Of a stretch of DNA of 64,000 bases, positions 13,301 to 26,298 are shown piece after piece (positions within the stretch are counted from its first letter, which is position 1; every line of letters begins with the position of its first letter). The DNA is taken from the NCBI RefSeq assembly GCF_002571385.2, contig NW_019217869.1:423731-487730 (forward strand), in the 5' to 3' direction. Source of the stretch: Stylophora pistillata. Taxonomy: Eukaryota. The position numbers were made by a program, and so were the translations under genes. The notes beneath the pieces are model-generated. The model did no database searches. It had not been told where the DNA came from and saw only the letters and a program-made list of their open reading frames with translations.

Positions 13301-13670
13301 TGCATTTGCTCACGTCAGCAGCGTACACCCATGGGCAAATGGGGGACGCTAAATTGACCAATCAGAGCGCGCGCTTTACTTTGGTTATGTTATAATTTAT
13401 AATTGTCGTGAGTAGGAAATACGACCTAGAGGGGATAGGATAATCACGCTGCAGTGTTCTTGGTCAATTGGTGAGCAAAATCAAAGGTGAAAAAGCCATC
13501 AAAAGGATACTGATCAATGTTCACATCTAAGGTAAGCAAAGGGGACAAAGTGTATTTGTATTTTGTTATAGATAAGTCATCTCTTGAAAGTTCGTAACTG
13601 AACAGAACTCACCTTCAGCGTCCACAGTAGCGAGGTATGAGATAAACAGCACAAGGCACCAATACCTCAT
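10341..13670 (-). CDS. Apextrin C-terminal (ApeC) domain protein, predicted type I membrane-anchored (~304 aa)
   Basis: Exons (minus): 13670-13613 (signal peptide MRYWCLVLFISYLATVDA; alternative in-frame ATG at 13688), 12712-12452 (WPGGTYGLPMPTTGCP..DTED..WPEGKYCLYKKG), 11936-11562 (CPNG..GFIRWDDE..LPDGVY..YCC..PFYLL..CQKV..FDDDD..YCYY), 11040-10991, 10511-10341 (TM GLAVAIGCGVAGAIVGTASIAFA + KR + YDLI). GT-AG junctions keep frame (915 nt). Confidence 0.88.
13013..13395. repeat. Palindromic element: ~190-nt hairpin (13013-13201) plus tail, in intron 1 of the ApeC gene
   Basis: Perfect 47-bp arms 13013-13059 / 13155-13201, imperfect inner arms, closed by GGC-GAAA-GCC. Extent of the tail is approximate. 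Confidence 0.75.
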
Positions 13671-16357
13671 GTCTTCCCGTATTCTCATTTCTTGTCAATC
13701 ACTTATCTGAATGTGTCATGAAATGTAGATTAGTCTGCTTAGCGCGCGTTTGGCATTTTCGTGGAGTCCAACCATTTTCCGGTTGAGTTTAAGAAAAGTG
13801 ATGGCCCCGCCCTTGCGTTTTGGCGGAGTTATTTTAATTTTATGGCAACTCTTGAGAAGCGTTTTCCACGAGCATTTTTTTAACGGAATACAATGATTTG
13901 CAATTGGACCAACTTAATAGAGATCATTTTTTCATTTACGTCTGTTTCAATGCCTTTCGAAGCATGGATTAAATGAACACCCGTACTTGTGTCTTATGTC
14001 ATACTCTTTCAGTCTTAGATCAAGCCTGTTAAACCTCATAGTGTTTTATTTATATCAACCATACGTTTCTACTTTAGAGAACATATTTCTGCCAGACGGT
14101 ATTTTTGACCATCATGCAAACAGAAAACGTAAAGGGATCACTTTTGGCTGGACTGATTAATTTTGGCACTTAAATTTGATTTTGAAAAGCGTGAAAGTGT
14201 TTTATTTCATTCATTTATCATCAAGTAAAGTTAAGTTTCATATTTTTTGTTTGGCCAGCCACTCAACCATCGTGCGTTCGCACGAGCACATGGAAAACGG
14301 AAGTGAACACACGAATACTCGCCCAAGGGAAATCAATGTCCTTCCGGCCAAAAAAGAACGAAATTTAAAATTTCTCATGATGTATTTTTTCTAATTTGAT
14401 TTGCCACCTGTATAGAAATGGAGCCCTTTATGGTTCAATTCTCCCGAAACCGATTAAGTTAAGAATCAGCGACAAGAAAGAGCTCAGGAAATAACCAAGT
14501 GAGAAAGAGAACAGACATTTTCCAGTAATATTTTTCTTTGCAAAGCGAAGAATATGACCCAACAAACGAGGCATTCGGTAAACGTGTTTTTCCCCAAAAT
14601 GTGACCTTTTGATTTTTGATTCATACGGTATTACATAGGAAACAATACTAGAAGTAGCATCTGCGAAAAGGGAGTTGTATTCAAATAGGAATGATCGCCA
14701 GAACTACGGAAAGTTTTTAAATAAGCATTATTATTTTAGTTTGATTTAAAAACTTACCTAGGAAATTCACTTCCACCATATTGCTCTCTTAGAGAAGAAA
14801 CATGACGTCATGGGATAGATTTATCTTGTTTTTGTCAGTTTGACGCGCCGATTATCCACGCTCTTTGCATCGCCCAATCAGAGAGCAAGATAGGGTGGCA
14901 AAGTTCCAGGTATATCGCATCACTACATAACTCCTTCGTGAGATAATGGCGCGCAACATTTCCCGCTCTTTTGCCTTCGAAGATGTCAAAAGCTGCGATG
15001 CCTGACAGAGTAAACGGCCTGATTTCTCGAAAAATCAGCGTGGTATTTTGTAAGTTCGAGCCCATGGTGCAAGGATCGGTGATTTTGTTGCTAAACAGTC
15101 TTTTATGGAGTCGTATGTATCGATATGTAATTCATAAGCGATGAAAATGGCTTCTAAACCCCCAAAGTAAGAAACATTCCCGCTAAAACAAGACCACCAA
15201 TTGCAAGAAGTTAAGTTCACGTTTTCTGTCAAAGTATCTCTGACGTTTTCTGTATATGGCTCTTCCAGTAGAGATGAAAGTAAATTAGGAGTTTTGAAAT
15301 ATTCATTATATTGGATAGTCATTCAACATTTCAAATATTTAATTTTAGGCTTAGCGCCTTTACAAACAGCCCAAAAATTTTCGTAGACACGTAGCCTTAT
15401 TGATACAAAAGGGCAAACTTTCGTTTGTAGACTATAAAAAAGTTGTATAAGCTCTACAATAAAATATATGTAGATATATAATTATTTATACTGGTATATA
15501 TTTGAGGAGACAGGTTAAGATTTCTTATTCATTTCTGGTACCTGCACACGTGACATGCCCATGCCATCAGCCGGTCAGGTCGAACATTTGGCGAATTATA
15601 GCCTGGAACTGATTTGCTTGAAAGAAAGTCAAGTCTCGAATAACAGAATCCTCTATAAATCAATTTATAATCGGTTTTGTTTGGAAACTCGTATCGGCGA
15701 AAAACTCAATAGAAGGTCGGCAAGAATTTCTTAGGAGACGACCCTTCACAAATTGGTTCCTACAGCGTGCGTTGCCAACCTTAAGGAGCTTCTTCAGAAT
15801 TGTTCATCTCGCAAACTTTGACATGAATTTATCAAGGTCACCATTCGTAATCCGTTTCAACCATCTCCACTTTAAACACAAACCTTCTACTCTCTCAGAT
15901 TATCCTCCAGAGTGCGAGCAGGCTGAGAACCGCGCCGGGGGATTACGCGAACACAGAGAGTGTTGTTTTTGCTCCCGCTCCACGCTCGCTCACAATAAAA
16001 TTAATATAGAAACGGTTATGGACGGAAAATTGCTTATAGTAATAGTTGCATGGTTTCCTTCACTTTAAAGGTAATTTTGCGAAAAGCAACAGTAGCATTC
16101 GGATATCATGAAATAGCACCCGACTGAAACAACCGGGTGACCGCTTAATACGGTGTCGTTTAATACAGGTTCGACTGTAACTGAACGGAAGATCCAGAAA
16201 TCAACTGAAATGATCCGACGCATGAAGACGAGCAGTTCCACTCACGGTACATATTACCTTTCTACGGAAATCGTTGATGTCTGGACGTAGCTGTGTTTAT
16301 CTCGCTCCGATATGTTTTAGTAGGTTACTTCTTCAACCTCTATACTCCGAGAAATTA

Positions 16358-16531
16358 TTAACACCTACCCTTTCCCTATTGATAGTATCTATACGTTATC
16401 TGGCAAACGGATGATGAGTTTACTCGAGCTTATTAGGTAGAAGTTGTTACCTTCACCAAACACCAAATCCTCGTAAGCAATTTACGAGGAATTGTGAAGC
16501 AGTTAGAGGGGAGAATTACCACAAGGGTTAA
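16358..16531. mobile_element. Same piggyBac-like MITE family, copy B
   Basis: GGCAAACGGATGATGAG..GGTAGAAGTTGTTA..GAGGGGAGAATTA..AAGGGTTAA. Confidence 0.55.
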
Positions 16532-16838
16532 TAAGTTACTTCTTAGAAAAGGAAAAAAAAAGCGAAAACAATCAATTACGAAAACAACTCTTTAGGGGTG
16601 TAGTGTTTGAGGTTTTTAATATTAGATGTACAGTATATTTCTTATACTCCTGTGTCCTTGTAGCGCGAATTTTTCATGACCGACCATCTAAGAGTACGTT
16701 AAAATGCGTGAGAGTAGTCTCAGCTCGGCAAACCCCTGACTAAATGAAATTTTGTTAATATTCGATCTGACATACCACGATCATTTAAATCTGGCATCAA
16801 GTTAAATGTGCTGGAAACCTTGCTTACTTTCTATGTGG

Positions 16839-17573
16839 TTATATACCCATGTCGTGATACACCCTGTTTAATTCATCTTTAGCCCACTCTTTCTTTGCGT
16901 TGATTTCCTGAAGTTCGCTCTCCAGTGCGTTACGTTTGCAACTTAGCGCAGCTATTTTTCTTTGCGCTAGATCAGCTTTAGCTTCAGACTCAACGTAGCT
17001 GCTTTTAAGATCTTCAATTTTTTGGTTGAGGGCCTGTTCTTCTTCTTCACTCATCCCCTTTCGTGAACTCGACTGAAACTCCTCCATGGTTTTGTTAACT
17101 TGTAATAATCTGGCGTTAAGCTGACCTTCTAGCTCCGACAAACGCTCACAACGTTTCTCTGCAAGCTTCTTCTGCAGTTCAACCACTTTAATTCGACGAG
17201 ACGCTTCGTTCAACTTGGATTCGTTGATAGTCACAGTGTCTTTTACAGTTTTCAGTTTTTCGTGTAGTGTGTTCTGTTTTGCGTTCATTTGCTCTTCCTC
17301 TTGAGCTAGATTGTCCATTGCTCGTTCGTTCCTTTTCAAACTCTCGCCAGTTGACCACAACTCTCCTTCGATATTCTCCAAGCGAGATGATATCCTCTTT
17401 ATTTCAGCCTCAGTCGATGTGGCTTGTTGCCGCAACATGGCCGCTGTAGCTTCGGCGCTATCGATTCTTTTGTTAACTTCATTTAAGCTCTCCTTAAAAC
17501 ACTCACTCCTGGCTTCGGCCTCATTCAAACGAGCTTTTAATTCCGTGAATTTTTGCCGCAATCTCTCAGCCAT
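16839..17573 (-). CDS. Tropomyosin-like coiled-coil protein, intronless, 244 aa
   Basis: Continuous proline-free heptad coiled coil of short-tropomyosin length; segments such as ESKLNEASRRIKVVE, AEKRCERLSELE and ESEAKADLAQRKIAAL resemble tropomyosin periodic motifs. Confidence 0.75.
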   Translation of the reverse strand: MAERLRQKFTELKARLNEAEARSECFKESLNEVNKRIDSAEATAAMLRQQATSTEAEIKRISSRLENIEGELWSTGESLKRNERAMDNLAQEEEQMNAKQNTLHEKLKTVKDTVTINESKLNEASRRIKVVELQKKLAEKRCERLSELEGQLNARLLQVNKTMEEFQSSSRKGMSEEEEQALNQKIEDLKSSYVESEAKADLAQRKIAALSCKRNALESELQEINAKKEWAKDELNRVYHDMGI

Positions 17574-18245
17574 GTTTAGCTCTTTTTTTAAAACACAGAC
17601 TCAGCACGAAGCGCACGCATGATTACGTCACAATTAGCTTTGTATTGCATGGCAATTATTACATTTGTGATTAGCTAATGATGTTAATTGGAGCTTGAGT
17701 ATGGTTTCGTCCGATTTGATTTTCCTACTCTTATGATGATATTAACCTTAGAGGTTTTGAGTACAATCCCTCATAGGAAAAGTAGAAATATGATATTTTA
17801 TTAAATCGATGGAAATTCTTATACAAAACTGCATTTTCTTTCGGCTACAACACCCTCAGCGTGCTATTTCTGTTTTAAAAAAGCAATGTAAGTCCATTTG
17901 GGCGTAACGCACATTTGCGCCTAACGGAACATCATCGATATGTTACTGGTGTGTACATCTTCACACACCCTAAATTTTCACCCCCTATCAATTGATTGAA
18001 AAAAAAAAAAACCAGAAAACTGGCTAAGCACTATCTATTCACGCTACCTCTACAGCAATTGTAATACAATGAAAGCTTAGACTTTAGTTTCTTTCAGGGA
18101 GACCGCTGCACCACGAGATTGTTTTTCCACCGCACGTGATCATCTTCACTGTACCTTTTGTTAAGCGTTGATCATGTAGCCAAGGAAAGCATAACAAGCA
18201 CAAAATTGCTGAGGGAGAAGTTTGTAAAACGGTGATGGTTTTTTT

Positions 18246-18246
<1 letters not shown>

Positions 18247-18299
<53 letters not shown>

Positions 18300-18304
18300 T
18301 GTGT
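18247..18304. repeat. (GT)n microsatellite
   Basis: Directly visible. Confidence 0.95.
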
Positions 18305-20911
18305 CATAGAGCGAGACAGAGAAAAACCGATAATGAAGTAACTAGTATGAGACAGAAAAAAACCGATAAGTAACTAGTGATCCAAATCAGATACATGCTT
18401 GATTACCACATAAAACACAAAATTATGAAATGAATTCAAATTTAGATATAGCGTAGACTATTGTCTCTGTTTTCATTACTGATATTTCCGATCATCCCGT
18501 AGATCCTTCCTCTCGGCCCTTTGAACACATCTAGTTGTTTTATGACTTGGTATTGTTTATTATAATGAAAGCCAACAATTTCTATCGTCGTCCGGTTGAT
18601 TTGGTCTGAGGACTTCCAGTGATATCAGGAAGCCTTTACTAATAAATTGCACAGTTTGTCATATTCGTCGTAAAGACGTATTTTAGATTAGTCTAGATAG
18701 ATAATTGCTAAGTGAAGCATCTGTTTTCTCTTTTTTTTTTCGGTAATGACGGAGGATGTAGGATCCTTCCAAAATTACAAAGATGATCTTTATTTAAAAA
18801 CCATCAAAGTGACAAAGACCTTTTAAACCGCTCAATGGTTCATTTTTGAACATAAAAACTAGATAGATGGTATACAACAATCAAACTAATCCACAAAACG
18901 TTCTCAAATAAAAAAACGCGTCTTTTCACTAACTGATGGAGATGGCCTAAGAATATAACACCATTTGTTTCACCTACAAAGTATAAAGTAATTGAAAGGA
19001 TAAGTGGAACCATTACTTTGAAAGTGAATCATCGACGTAGAAAAATAATGACTTCAAGTAAAACCTTCCACGAATGAGATATACTTTAAATTTTCATCCT
19101 CTTTCCTTTTTTTTCAGTCTATCTTTTGACAAAGAGCGATTAAAATTCGGCTTTCTATACGAAACTACAATAACTCACAGGTCTGTCAGAAGTGTAGATT
19201 CATCGTTTTAGGAGTCATGATCCCAAAATAAAAATGTATTTTTTAAATTTCGGCTGAAGAACTGAGGAACGACACGTATGTTTACGTAGATTTAAATATG
19301 CTTGGAAGTCGTAATAATCATCATAATTACAATATAGCCTCCGGCGAAGGAACTGTTTAAGATGGTTTACAAACGTCGTTATTTCAGTTTGAACTGGAAC
19401 ACGAAAGTTCCAAACTATAAGGGATATCCTGAAACTATTTTCCTGACATCAAACGGAACTTAACGAAAACGTTGTTTTTGTGTTTAAATGGGGACATTTT
19501 TGTGTTTGCTGAAATTGTATAATAAACCTATGTGTGGGTGTTATCAGTTTGGTTCCAATTTTGGTCAAGTGGTGACGTCCTTTATATTGAAAACATTTTA
19601 AATTTCTTGCATTGAAAGATTGATTTTGGCCAGAAACTTCCTTTGGTGGAGGCATATGACGCTAATAACATGAATTAAGAAAGATCTATTATTTTTGTTT
19701 GCCAGCAATTTAACAAGACAACCACACAGATCGATTGAGTTCGAAACCTTTCTTTATAATAAGTCAGCGCTTTTAAAGCGTTTTAAAGCACAGCATGAAA
19801 GTGAAGGAAAAATAAACAATTCAAAAAGCCCTTGTAAAGTTTTTTACTTGAAGCATGAATGTGTAAAACCACTTTCTATGGAAGGAAGTAAAAGGTTAGT
19901 GGATTAAGAAACTCAACTCTTCTAGAATATTGAGTAAAGATCGAGGTAGGCGTTTCCAAGAGATTATGCCGCGGCAAAGTTTTGCAAGTAAACATAAAGT
20001 CAACAAATCGATGATGTATTTTCTTAGAAATTATGCTACACCAAAGTTTTACAAGTAAATCATGATTAAAAAAATAACGAATCGGCAATATATTTTATAT
20101 TTTTTTTAAGACTACCTTATCGATCTGTTTATTCTTAATTGAGAAGAACCCACAAAATCAACTCAAAATCCTAAATTTAGAATATCAACTTTTCTATATA
20201 TATCGATAACTTCAGAAAAAAAGAATAACAATCGGGAATTACGCTGACTTTTATCAATTTTTAAGGGAGTCTTGCATCAAATTTAGAAAGCTGTCTGATT
20301 TTATCTTTTTGGGTACCAAAGATATTAAAAGTTCATTGAAATAAATATATTGTGGAATGAAATTATATACTTCTTTCACATTGAAAATGAAATGCCAGTT
20401 TGAAAGGTAAAATTATAGCCGTTCCTTTATCAGATTTTGCCAAACAAAATAAAATAATTTTTGAGTTCTGCTTTTACCTGAAATTTTCATAAAGTGAATA
20501 AAGGAGCATATCAGTTTCTGGAACTTGCTTCGGGGTAAATCATTAATCAAATAATTCACTAAATCATCACATTAGCTTCAATAGATATGTTTTATTTGGT
20601 GCGAATTTTTTAAAAAATAATTCCTAATGGCTCAAAATCAACTTTTGGCGGAGACAGAATCTCTCCCACGTGTAATAAACAGGTGTATACAACGATTACG
20701 ATAACATCTAATCATGAAATACGTGGACAATACGTTTTGTTATCAGATTCAGCCGAACAATAAAGGTTGTCAGTTATGAAGCTCGACGGCGTTTGTATTT
20801 AGACCACAACTGCTAAACAACGATCAACTAATTTCATGTTGTACGTTAATCCTTGTCATTGAAGGCAGTGCTAGAGAAATCGGCACCTTTTCAAAGACTG
20901 AACCGACAATA

Positions 20912-22555
20912 ATGTAAGTTATATTCCTTTTCTTATTTGGGCTTTATTTAGATAACATTACACCTCACTGCTCACAGTTGTCCTTTGGAGTTCTTTTACG
21001 ATAAGATGAGAACCAGTGGCGTTATTGCATCATCACTAACTTTCACCTTTCGCAATTTCATTGATTGGCTCAAATTTCCTGGAACACCGTCTGGCTGTAG
21101 TATACACTGTAAATGAAGCTTTCAATTACCATTTATTTTGGCTCTTGAACTTATTGAAGTTTTCAGTCATCTCTCGTCGAAACGAAAAGCGTTCACTATC
21201 ATAAAGAAAAAAAGCTTGGGCTTTTTTTCTCCTGCATGATAAGCGAATTAAAAATTTGGCCGAGGGAGAAACTGATTATTGTACAGGATTACCATTTAAG
21301 GCTGGGGTTTATCAAATTTTCCAACCACTTTTTTTTTCTGGTTCTTCATGAAGAGGATTCGAGGCGATAATGACACAAATGAAACAAAAAAAAGTCCCTG
21401 GTTAATTGTTACTAAAACATTACAAGTAGCTGCCGATTCCTGTTGTCCATTCAATTTAGAACACGTACCACACATTATGACGTCACCAGCCGTTTCTAAG
21501 CAACGCCTCATACCTTTCGCGCCACTTCATTCATTGAACCGGAAAAAAATATGGTAAATTTAGTACTCAGTCGTTGAGTAAAGAAGGATATCATTCGTTT
21601 TGTCACCAACTCTGGACGAACTGGAAACATCCTCGATAAACTAACTTAAGATTTTCTGCTCTTGCTTTCCGATGCGCTACCACTGAGCTAGAGAGAACTT
21701 GACGATGACTCTGCATTTTCCAGTCGGGGAGAGGCGAGCTCCACGCATTTGTAAGGAAAATGCGAGGGACGAGAGGCGCCTAAGTTGAGGAGCTCGATAG
21801 AATGACTCATTACCGGCGCTTGCCGCAGCCCACCTGAAAAACACAAAATAATGACTCTTTTTCCGCAGGCTACCTTAGTGACAAATTTTTAACCTTTCAT
21901 TTTCTTTAGCCTGAATTAACAGTCTGTTTCGTTTTGTTCTGTCTTTCAGGAGGTTTCTTTGTCTCACAACAACTTTTGTCTTGCTGATATTAATAGTTGT
22001 CTTGTTTTGTGCTGATATGCCATTTGTAATTGCTTCAAATTCCAAAGTGGACGATGGAAATGAAAATCGTTATACACTGTGTTACTCGACCTCAGAAATA
22101 GACAGGCTTCTCTCTAATAACTGTGTGAACTTTAGAAAACGAGCGATGTGGAAGTCAGGCAAGTTTGTCCTAAATTTGTATGCGAGTTAAGTAAAAATCT
22201 AATTATTTTGACAAAATTAGACGCAACTAACAGATTGCATTTGCAATCTGCGTTTCTCTTTGTCCTTCTCAATCTTCTTCTTTTTCATTTTGGGGCAGTC
22301 ATTACTTCTTGGGCTCGTTCACTCCAGCTGATGATTATTTGACAAGTTTTTTTAATCCTATTTATGCGTCCGTTCAGTAATAATTTTGTTTCCTCCATAG
22401 GTGAAAATATTCTGCAATCTCCAGAGAAAGCACAACGATTTCTACAAAAACGTATCACTTATGTTACAAATTATGGATTGTTTCTGGAAGAATGTTGCCA
22501 TGAAAGTAGCTGCCGAGTAGAAGAGATTCTCGAACACTGTGCAGCACCAGTGTAG
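20912..22555 (+). CDS. Insulin-like peptide precursor 1 (ILP1), ~121 aa
   Basis: Exons: AT at 20912-20913 (donor GTAAGT), 21950-22158 (GC donor CAG/GCAAGT), 22401-22555. Product: signal peptide, B chain LCYSTSEIDRLLSNNC, RKR, C-peptide, KR, A chain EECCHESSCRVEEILEHC. Six-Cys insulin-superfamily layout with a phase-1 intron in the C-peptide. Confidence 0.82.
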
Positions 22556-25500
22556 AATTTAAGGAATTGGTCTCAAAGGGTTTTTCTTAGGATATCGTCG
22601 GAGACTATTGAAGGTTTGAAGAGAAAAATTTGAAAAACAGCTAAGGAACCTTTTTCCCCATCTTTTGATTGAAATTTCTTTTTCTGACTTGATATATATA
22701 CCTTGAACACATATATTGGCACTAGCCAGGTATTTCGTTCGTGCATTTACCTACCGCTTGCGCCGCCTTTGCTCTCAGCCCTGTTGCATCATGGTACACA
22801 GAGGCTCCTCATTTCTTACAACCTTGTTAGTGAAACGGATTAAAGACTGGGAGAGAAGTTTTTCATATTTCCTTCGCTTTCCCCTTTTATGGTAGAATCC
22901 ACTTCCTAAAATATGAAAAATATATATATCAATGTAATGCGTGTCGTATGTAAGCCTAACTTTCACCATCACAACTTGATTGTGAGAAATGGTAGTTAAA
23001 TTGTCTGGCTGTGACTTGATGCTACATCTCCTGGATGTGACACATATGCAATTTGTGTGAACAAACACAGAAACAAACCAAAGGGTATAGTAATGTTGAA
23101 GGGACATAGCCATATGCTCTGGCGTTATATTGAAGATACTTGAGATTGTTGAAGCACAAAGGAACAATAATGGCTGACCTGAATGGCTGAAATTTTCAAC
23201 CAACGTTATAAGTTATTTCTCAACTCCATTACTTTTTCCAGTATTTTATAAATTGAAGGAGACGAGCAGTTTGGATTATGGAAAACATAACACTATCTCT
23301 TGTCGGTGCCAATACTTCTAGTGGTTTTATATTGGAAATTGAGGATTTTTATTAGCCTTATTGTTTCGATTCCACCTATCAGTTACAAAACTGCCGCTTA
23401 ATGAGCGACCTACAATTACCTAGCTTTAGTGCTTGATTAAAACAGCACGTGGCATGGAAAAGAGCTTAATTATTTCCAGCTTGGAAATTTATAAATGTAG
23501 ATGACTCTCAAAACTGAAAAAAGTCTTTTGCTTCTAGAATCGATCTCGCTTTATTCTATAAAGAATTCTTGACGAAATTGTTTTGAGCTTTTAAGCATTT
23601 CTATTCATTAATTTAATTCAACGGAAACCCTTCGGTGGAAAAAGGGACAGGACGTCAGGAGATACCTTGTCACAAATAAATCGACGATTATTTTGAAAAT
23701 AATCATAAATTAATAACACAGTCCAGTCATATATTTGTAAGACGCTTTAATAAAGAGAGATCAAATATCACGCCAAGTCATTAGTAACGCTGTTTATGAA
23801 TGACTTTTTCGGGTAAATTTGATAACCCCTGCTAAATTACGCAATCGTTGATAAATATCGCGTTCAGGGCCTTCCTGAACGGACGAAATAAAGTTGATCA
23901 CAATACTAACGCGAACGTAACGACGGAACCACGCAATGTAAACGTAAATTAATAAAAAAGAACAATGCATATGTTGACAAAAGATAGCCCGGAGTCCTAT
24001 AAAAACAATCCCTAAATTTAAATTGATCCGTTTCACATTTTATTCTGGTGGTTTTGAATCCCGCCTCTGTCACCATGGCGACTGCACTTACCAGGCTTTG
24101 TTCAGACAATTTAAGGCATTTAGAACCAAGCCTTCAGGCATTGAACTGGCGAATTTAATTCAGTTCATCTTCACTTTACCGTAGGCGACAATCACGGTGA
24201 AAAACCATCCGTTGGTGTTTTAGTTGGGGTTAACTTGTAATAGGTAGGTGTTTATAGCATTAAGTCGTTCTTAAGTTGTCCAGTTTGCAAGAAATTTATG
24301 ATTTACTGGGTACATTGTCTCGTGCTTACTTTGCTCTGTTCTTCATCTCGCTCTTAAAGAAGTTTCAATATGATCTGTGACTTCTTTAATTCCCAATTGC
24401 ACATAATTTCAATGATTTTTTTTAACCCTGTCACTAAGTGTGAGTTAAGAAGCAGGGATTAAAATTAAGATATCGAAAGGTTTTTTTTAGTCTCGTTTCA
24501 TACAAAAATTTGAATGAATCTTCAGTGAATGGTTCGTTAAAATCGAAGGGTGTATTCGATGATTTTGTTTACCAACGTTCACTCCTCGTTTGGTGGTTTA
24601 CATTTGCGCATACCGGTTGAAGTTATTGCTCTGTTGAAATAAAAATTCAGATACACTCCGACAAACGCCAGAAAATTTTTTAAAACCATTTTGACATTTC
24701 TGTGACGAGTTTGGTATAAAAATAAAAATGTAAAAATCATAACAACATCCTGTGAAAATTTAACCAACGAACTGTAAACCAGTCGATAAACTTGATTGTT
24801 TGGAACAAAAGACAAGGCACTTAACCCGGTTCTTTTTAACGTGTTTAATAGTTCTCGGCAAAAGTGTGTACCTTTGTTTTCCAAAAGGCGATAATATCGT
24901 TTACTTCGCACGAACGAACACAGCCGTTAATCAAAAGTTTTGTCTTCACTTTAGAGAGGGACTCTGAAGACTTTCTTCAAGCGAAAGCGAAAGATCCCTT
25001 GGAAATTGGAAGACAGTGGTTTTAAGGAAGACATTTCATCGGTAGATTAAAGAGCATTTTTCTGTTGATCAGCTTGTCCGTTTACCCAACCTTTTCAGTC
25101 TCGCATCAAAGGATATTTGGACTCCGTCGGAAAACATAAGACAGTTTTGAATAAAAATCTAAAAACTTACTAAAACCGTGATCTTCAATCGGTACCTCAG
25201 ATATTGGTTATCCAATTGGTAAAAAAAATCAAAACAAACAAACAGGACGGGAAACGATTGATGTAGGCCTTTGAAGCTTATAGTGGCCGGCATTGTAGGT
25301 TTTAAAGGCAATTAGTCAAATTCATACAGGACTGAAATGCACACCTAACTTGGGACAAAAAAAATACACAACTTTGGTTTTCTTTTTGAATCAATTCACG
25401 GAAGATTTGCAATGCTCAAGTGGGAAGCTGTTGATTTTAGTCGTACACATATACATTTCTCTAACACCTTCCACTTCTGTTCTGAACAGGGGATATCGAT

Positions 25501-26298
25501 CATGTTATAACTTCAGACGTCAAACGGTAAAACTCAATAGAAGCACCTGTTTCAACATCCGCACCATGGGGCCTTTGAAAAGTATCCACTGAGATTTCAA
25601 CAAGATTTGAAAACATTTGGACTTAAACTGAAAATAAAGCATTTTTTTTCCAACCTGGCTAACCACTAGATATGCGCATTCGTTGAGATTGTAATCAGCA
25701 ATTAAATTTTAAAGCTTTTCTTCAACTTTGTGTTACGTTTATTGATAAACTGAGAATACTTGGCCAGCTTATAATACTATTTCAATGTTTATTTCTCACA
25801 TGAATGGCTTGACGCCCATCCTTTCATACTATGAAATGATCAGTTCCTTGTTAGAATGATAGCTCAACGTGGCAAACGAAGCAAACAGACAATTTCAGAG
25901 AGGACAAGAATATATGGACTTCTTTATTTCGCGAAAGAAAATTGCGCGGAAAGGTGAATTTTTCTGCGAGAATGAGCACAGCATAGGGTAGGGACAGGAC
26001 TGGTTTTCCAGTGTCTTCTTAGAAAAATCTCTCCATTGAATAACCGATGTTGCGGCCGTTATACAAGGAAAAAACAGCTCAACAATTTAGGACTTCATGA
26101 TATAATATCCCTGAAAAAATACTTTAAAATTTATATCAGGAAATTCTGATTAGTTCGGTTTTTTTAAGATATTAATGTCTTGAACTTACTGTTATCATTT
26201 GCAATGATTTTCCATGTTAAAGTACTTTTGAGCTTGTTCGGGAGAACGTGGTTTGTTCCCATATTTATACGTATATTTTTCTCTCCCTTTTTAGCATC

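Noticed and set aside
15035-15322. 95-aa minus-strand ORF
   Set aside because: No recognisable domain or consistent splice partners.
21655-21700. tRNA-like A-box on minus strand (TAGCTCAGTGGTAGCGCATCGGA)
   Set aside because: No B-box or full cloverleaf; at most a decayed SINE head, not a tRNA gene.
22775-23203. 142-aa minus-strand ORF with signal-peptide-like stretch (possible third ILP)
   Set aside because: No insulin Cys pattern, and the plausible splice leads to an early stop.
24955-25000. CTGAAGA..GAAA hammerhead-like spacing (also ~41552-41580)
   Set aside because: Stem II closing pair and stems I/III do not form properly.
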